A stretch of DNA of 64,000 nt from the NCBI RefSeq assembly GCF_039654945.1, contig NW_027362054.1, positions 6,448,001-6,512,000 on the forward strand, in the 5' to 3' direction. Position numbers and translations under genes: made by a program. The notes beneath the pieces were generated by a model. It saw only the letters and a list, made by a program, of their open reading frames with translations, had not been told where the DNA came from and searched no databases. How positions within the stretch are numbered: position 1 is the first letter of the stretch; every line of letters begins with the position of its first letter. This document shows, one piece after another, positions 61,876 through 64,000 of the stretch. Source of the stretch: Dendrobates tinctorius (taxonomy: Eukaryota).

Positions 61876-62382
61876 TGGTCGCTTCATTGGAGGACACAGT
61901 AACCACGGGTTGATATGCTGACACCTGAAGGCTGACTTTTAAGAATACAATTTAGAAAAAAAATAGCAAATTGACTCCTCCTCATCGACCAAACCTGGCC
62001 ACCAGAGGCACAGCTTTAGGATGTCCTATGGTTCCTGTGGTCCCCAATGAAGCGACCGAGAAATAAAAGATTTTTGGTACTCGCCGTAAAATCTTACTCG
62101 TAGCCTTCATTGTGGTGGAGGGGGAGAGGGGATTTCGCACCCTCCCATATTTAGGGGTGTTTTGGATTTTGTTCTTGTTACTTCTTTTGCATCAAATGAA
62201 TTAGTAGGAGTCAGCTTCCCAAGTGTAGTCTGATGGGGAGGAGTCGCTTGTTTGTACAATGTGTTCTTAGTATCTGCCTCCAGATGACCCCATATTAACT
62301 TATAGTTCCTGTGTGCCCCCATCCCCTCCCTTCAGTGAAGGCTACGAGAAAGATTTTGCGATGGGTGCCAAAACATTTTTTT
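61876..62382. mobile_element. Two short DIRS-like non-autonomous remnants with inverted termini
   Basis: GGTCGCTTCATTGGAGGACACAG / CTGTGGTCCCCAATGAAGCGACC, and GTAAAATCTTACTCGTAGCCTTCATTG / CAGTGAAGGCTACGAGAAAGATTTTGC; DIRS assignment is from recalled amphibian termini. Confidence 0.5.
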
Positions 62383-63282
62383 TTTTTAACTAAAACAAAG
62401 TTTGACTTTAACGCCTCAATTATAACACAGAAAATGGCAGTCACCAGAAGGACACAACATCAATAAATCGCGTAGGCCGGCTCATCCGAGCACATTCACT
62501 CATCACTAAGAATTATCTGTTTCAATTCTTAGGTCAAATAAATTTAAAAAAAAAAGTAGCTTTGAGGAATTCTGTGCATTGCTCCTTATATTGTTCTTGC
62601 AGCTGCTGCGGAAGGCTAAAGTACATTTCCCCTTTAATAGAGAACATGACACAGCATTATAGGGCAGTGAGTTCTCCTCGTTTGACTTCACTAAGAAGCA
62701 CTTTGAGCTGTGCATTCTGTAACAACAGGACAGCAGCCATGAAGTTACGGTGCCAGATGATTTGCGTCCTGTAATGGGAAACCTATATAGTCGGCCATAC
62801 CTGAGAATGGTTGTAATATTGAGTGGTTTGGTTTACGATATATTGATGATCTTTTTATTTATTTTAATTAAAAACTTTGCTACCTTGAATTTGTCAACAG
62901 ATAGATTAGTGGGCTTCAGTGGGGTCTTAAATTTTTGCTTCCCATTTCAGGGCAGATGACTTATCAGACGTGTGATTGTGTGATAAAAATGTAAGAATTA
63001 TGAATGTCTCTAAAATATGTTTGCTGCCTTTTATTTTTGATGGCATCCTGACGTGTTTTATCATGCTTGGTTAATTTCTGTGCAAGTAAAATAACTGACA
63101 TTTTTCTGTGGAGACTGGCATTTAGTTTAATTAATCAGCTTTTTTTTAACCTTAAGTCAAGAGTAGTTTGCATGTGAGTTTGCATGTCAGTTTATGGTTA
63201 ATTGTGTTGTGCCCCAATGGAAAGCTCTGTACCACTTTTCCTAAAAAAAAAAAAAAAAAAACATCCATCCTCCCTTAAATAC

Positions 63283-64000
63283 AGTCCAGTCATCCTGTCC
63301 CCTTTTCAGAAAAGTACCCCCAAAGTGTGATGTTTCCCCCAACATGCTTCACGGTTGGGACTGTGTTCTTGGGGTTGTATTCCTCCTTCTTCCTTCAAAC
63401 TCGGTGAATGTAGTTGATACCAAAAAGTTCTATTTTGGTCTCCTCTTACCACATGATCTTCTCCCATGCCTCCTCTGGATCATTCAGATGGTCATTGGTG
63501 AACTTCAAATGGGCCTGGACATGTGCTAGTGTGAGCAGGGGGGACCTTACGTGCTCTACAGGATTTTAATCCATGACAGCTACTAACAGTAATGTTTGAG
63601 ACTATGGTCTCCGCTCCCTTCAGTTCATTGACCAGGTCCTCCCATGTAGGTCTGGGCTGATTCCTGATCTTTCTCAGAATCATCCTTACCCCTCGAAGGC
63701 AAGATCTTGCATGGACCCCTCAACTGAGGAAGACTGACAGTCTTGTGTTTCATTCATTTTCTAATAATTGTGCCAACAGTTCTTGCCTATTATCCTGTAG
63801 CCCATCCCAGCCTGGTCTCTGGTGTCCTTAGACAGCTCTTAGGTCTTGGCCATGGTGGAGAGGTTGGAGTTTGATTGAGTGTGTGGACAGGTGTCTTTAT
63901 ATACAGGTAACTAGTTCAAACAGGTGCAATTAATACAGGCAATGAGGGCTTCTTAAAGAAAAAATAACAGGTCTGTGAATGCCAAAATTCTTGCTGGTTG
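63283..64000 (-). mobile_element. Degenerate Tc1 transposon (family of 18876), running off the window
   Basis: ATG at 63853 ([12 protein letters not shown]); MILRKIRNQPR; reverse complement similarity to 19085-19840. Confidence 0.85.

Overview
Eukaryotic, repeat-dominated vertebrate DNA. The transposon complement (T2/Kolobok-type and Harbinger-type MITEs, V-SINE, L2, Tc1, Gmr1-type Gypsy, DIRS and Penelope remnants) points to an anuran (frog) genome; this is an inference. The window appears to hold the 5' part of one + strand gene: a CpG-rich promoter with a candidate first-exon donor near 11.0-11.3 kb, and about 37 kb downstream an exon (48222-48419) ending in 25 coding nt (MSRKHSNK|G). That matches, from memory, the start and exon phase of vertebrate SPATS2. 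The rest is intronic or intergenic and packed with nested transposons. The largest is a young, mutated Gmr1-like Gypsy LTR retrotransposon (integrase upstream of RT, tRNA-Ala PBS, LTRs 99.3% identical), nested in a hAT element. Also present: a candidate DD35E Tc1 element, a SINE/L2 pair with a shared 3' tail, several minisatellites, and a TSD-flanked hairpin insertion with a hammerhead-ribozyme core. Most long ORFs in the track are tandem-repeat or MITE artefacts. There is an assembly gap at 50553-50700. All coordinates were read by eye; no database searches were run.
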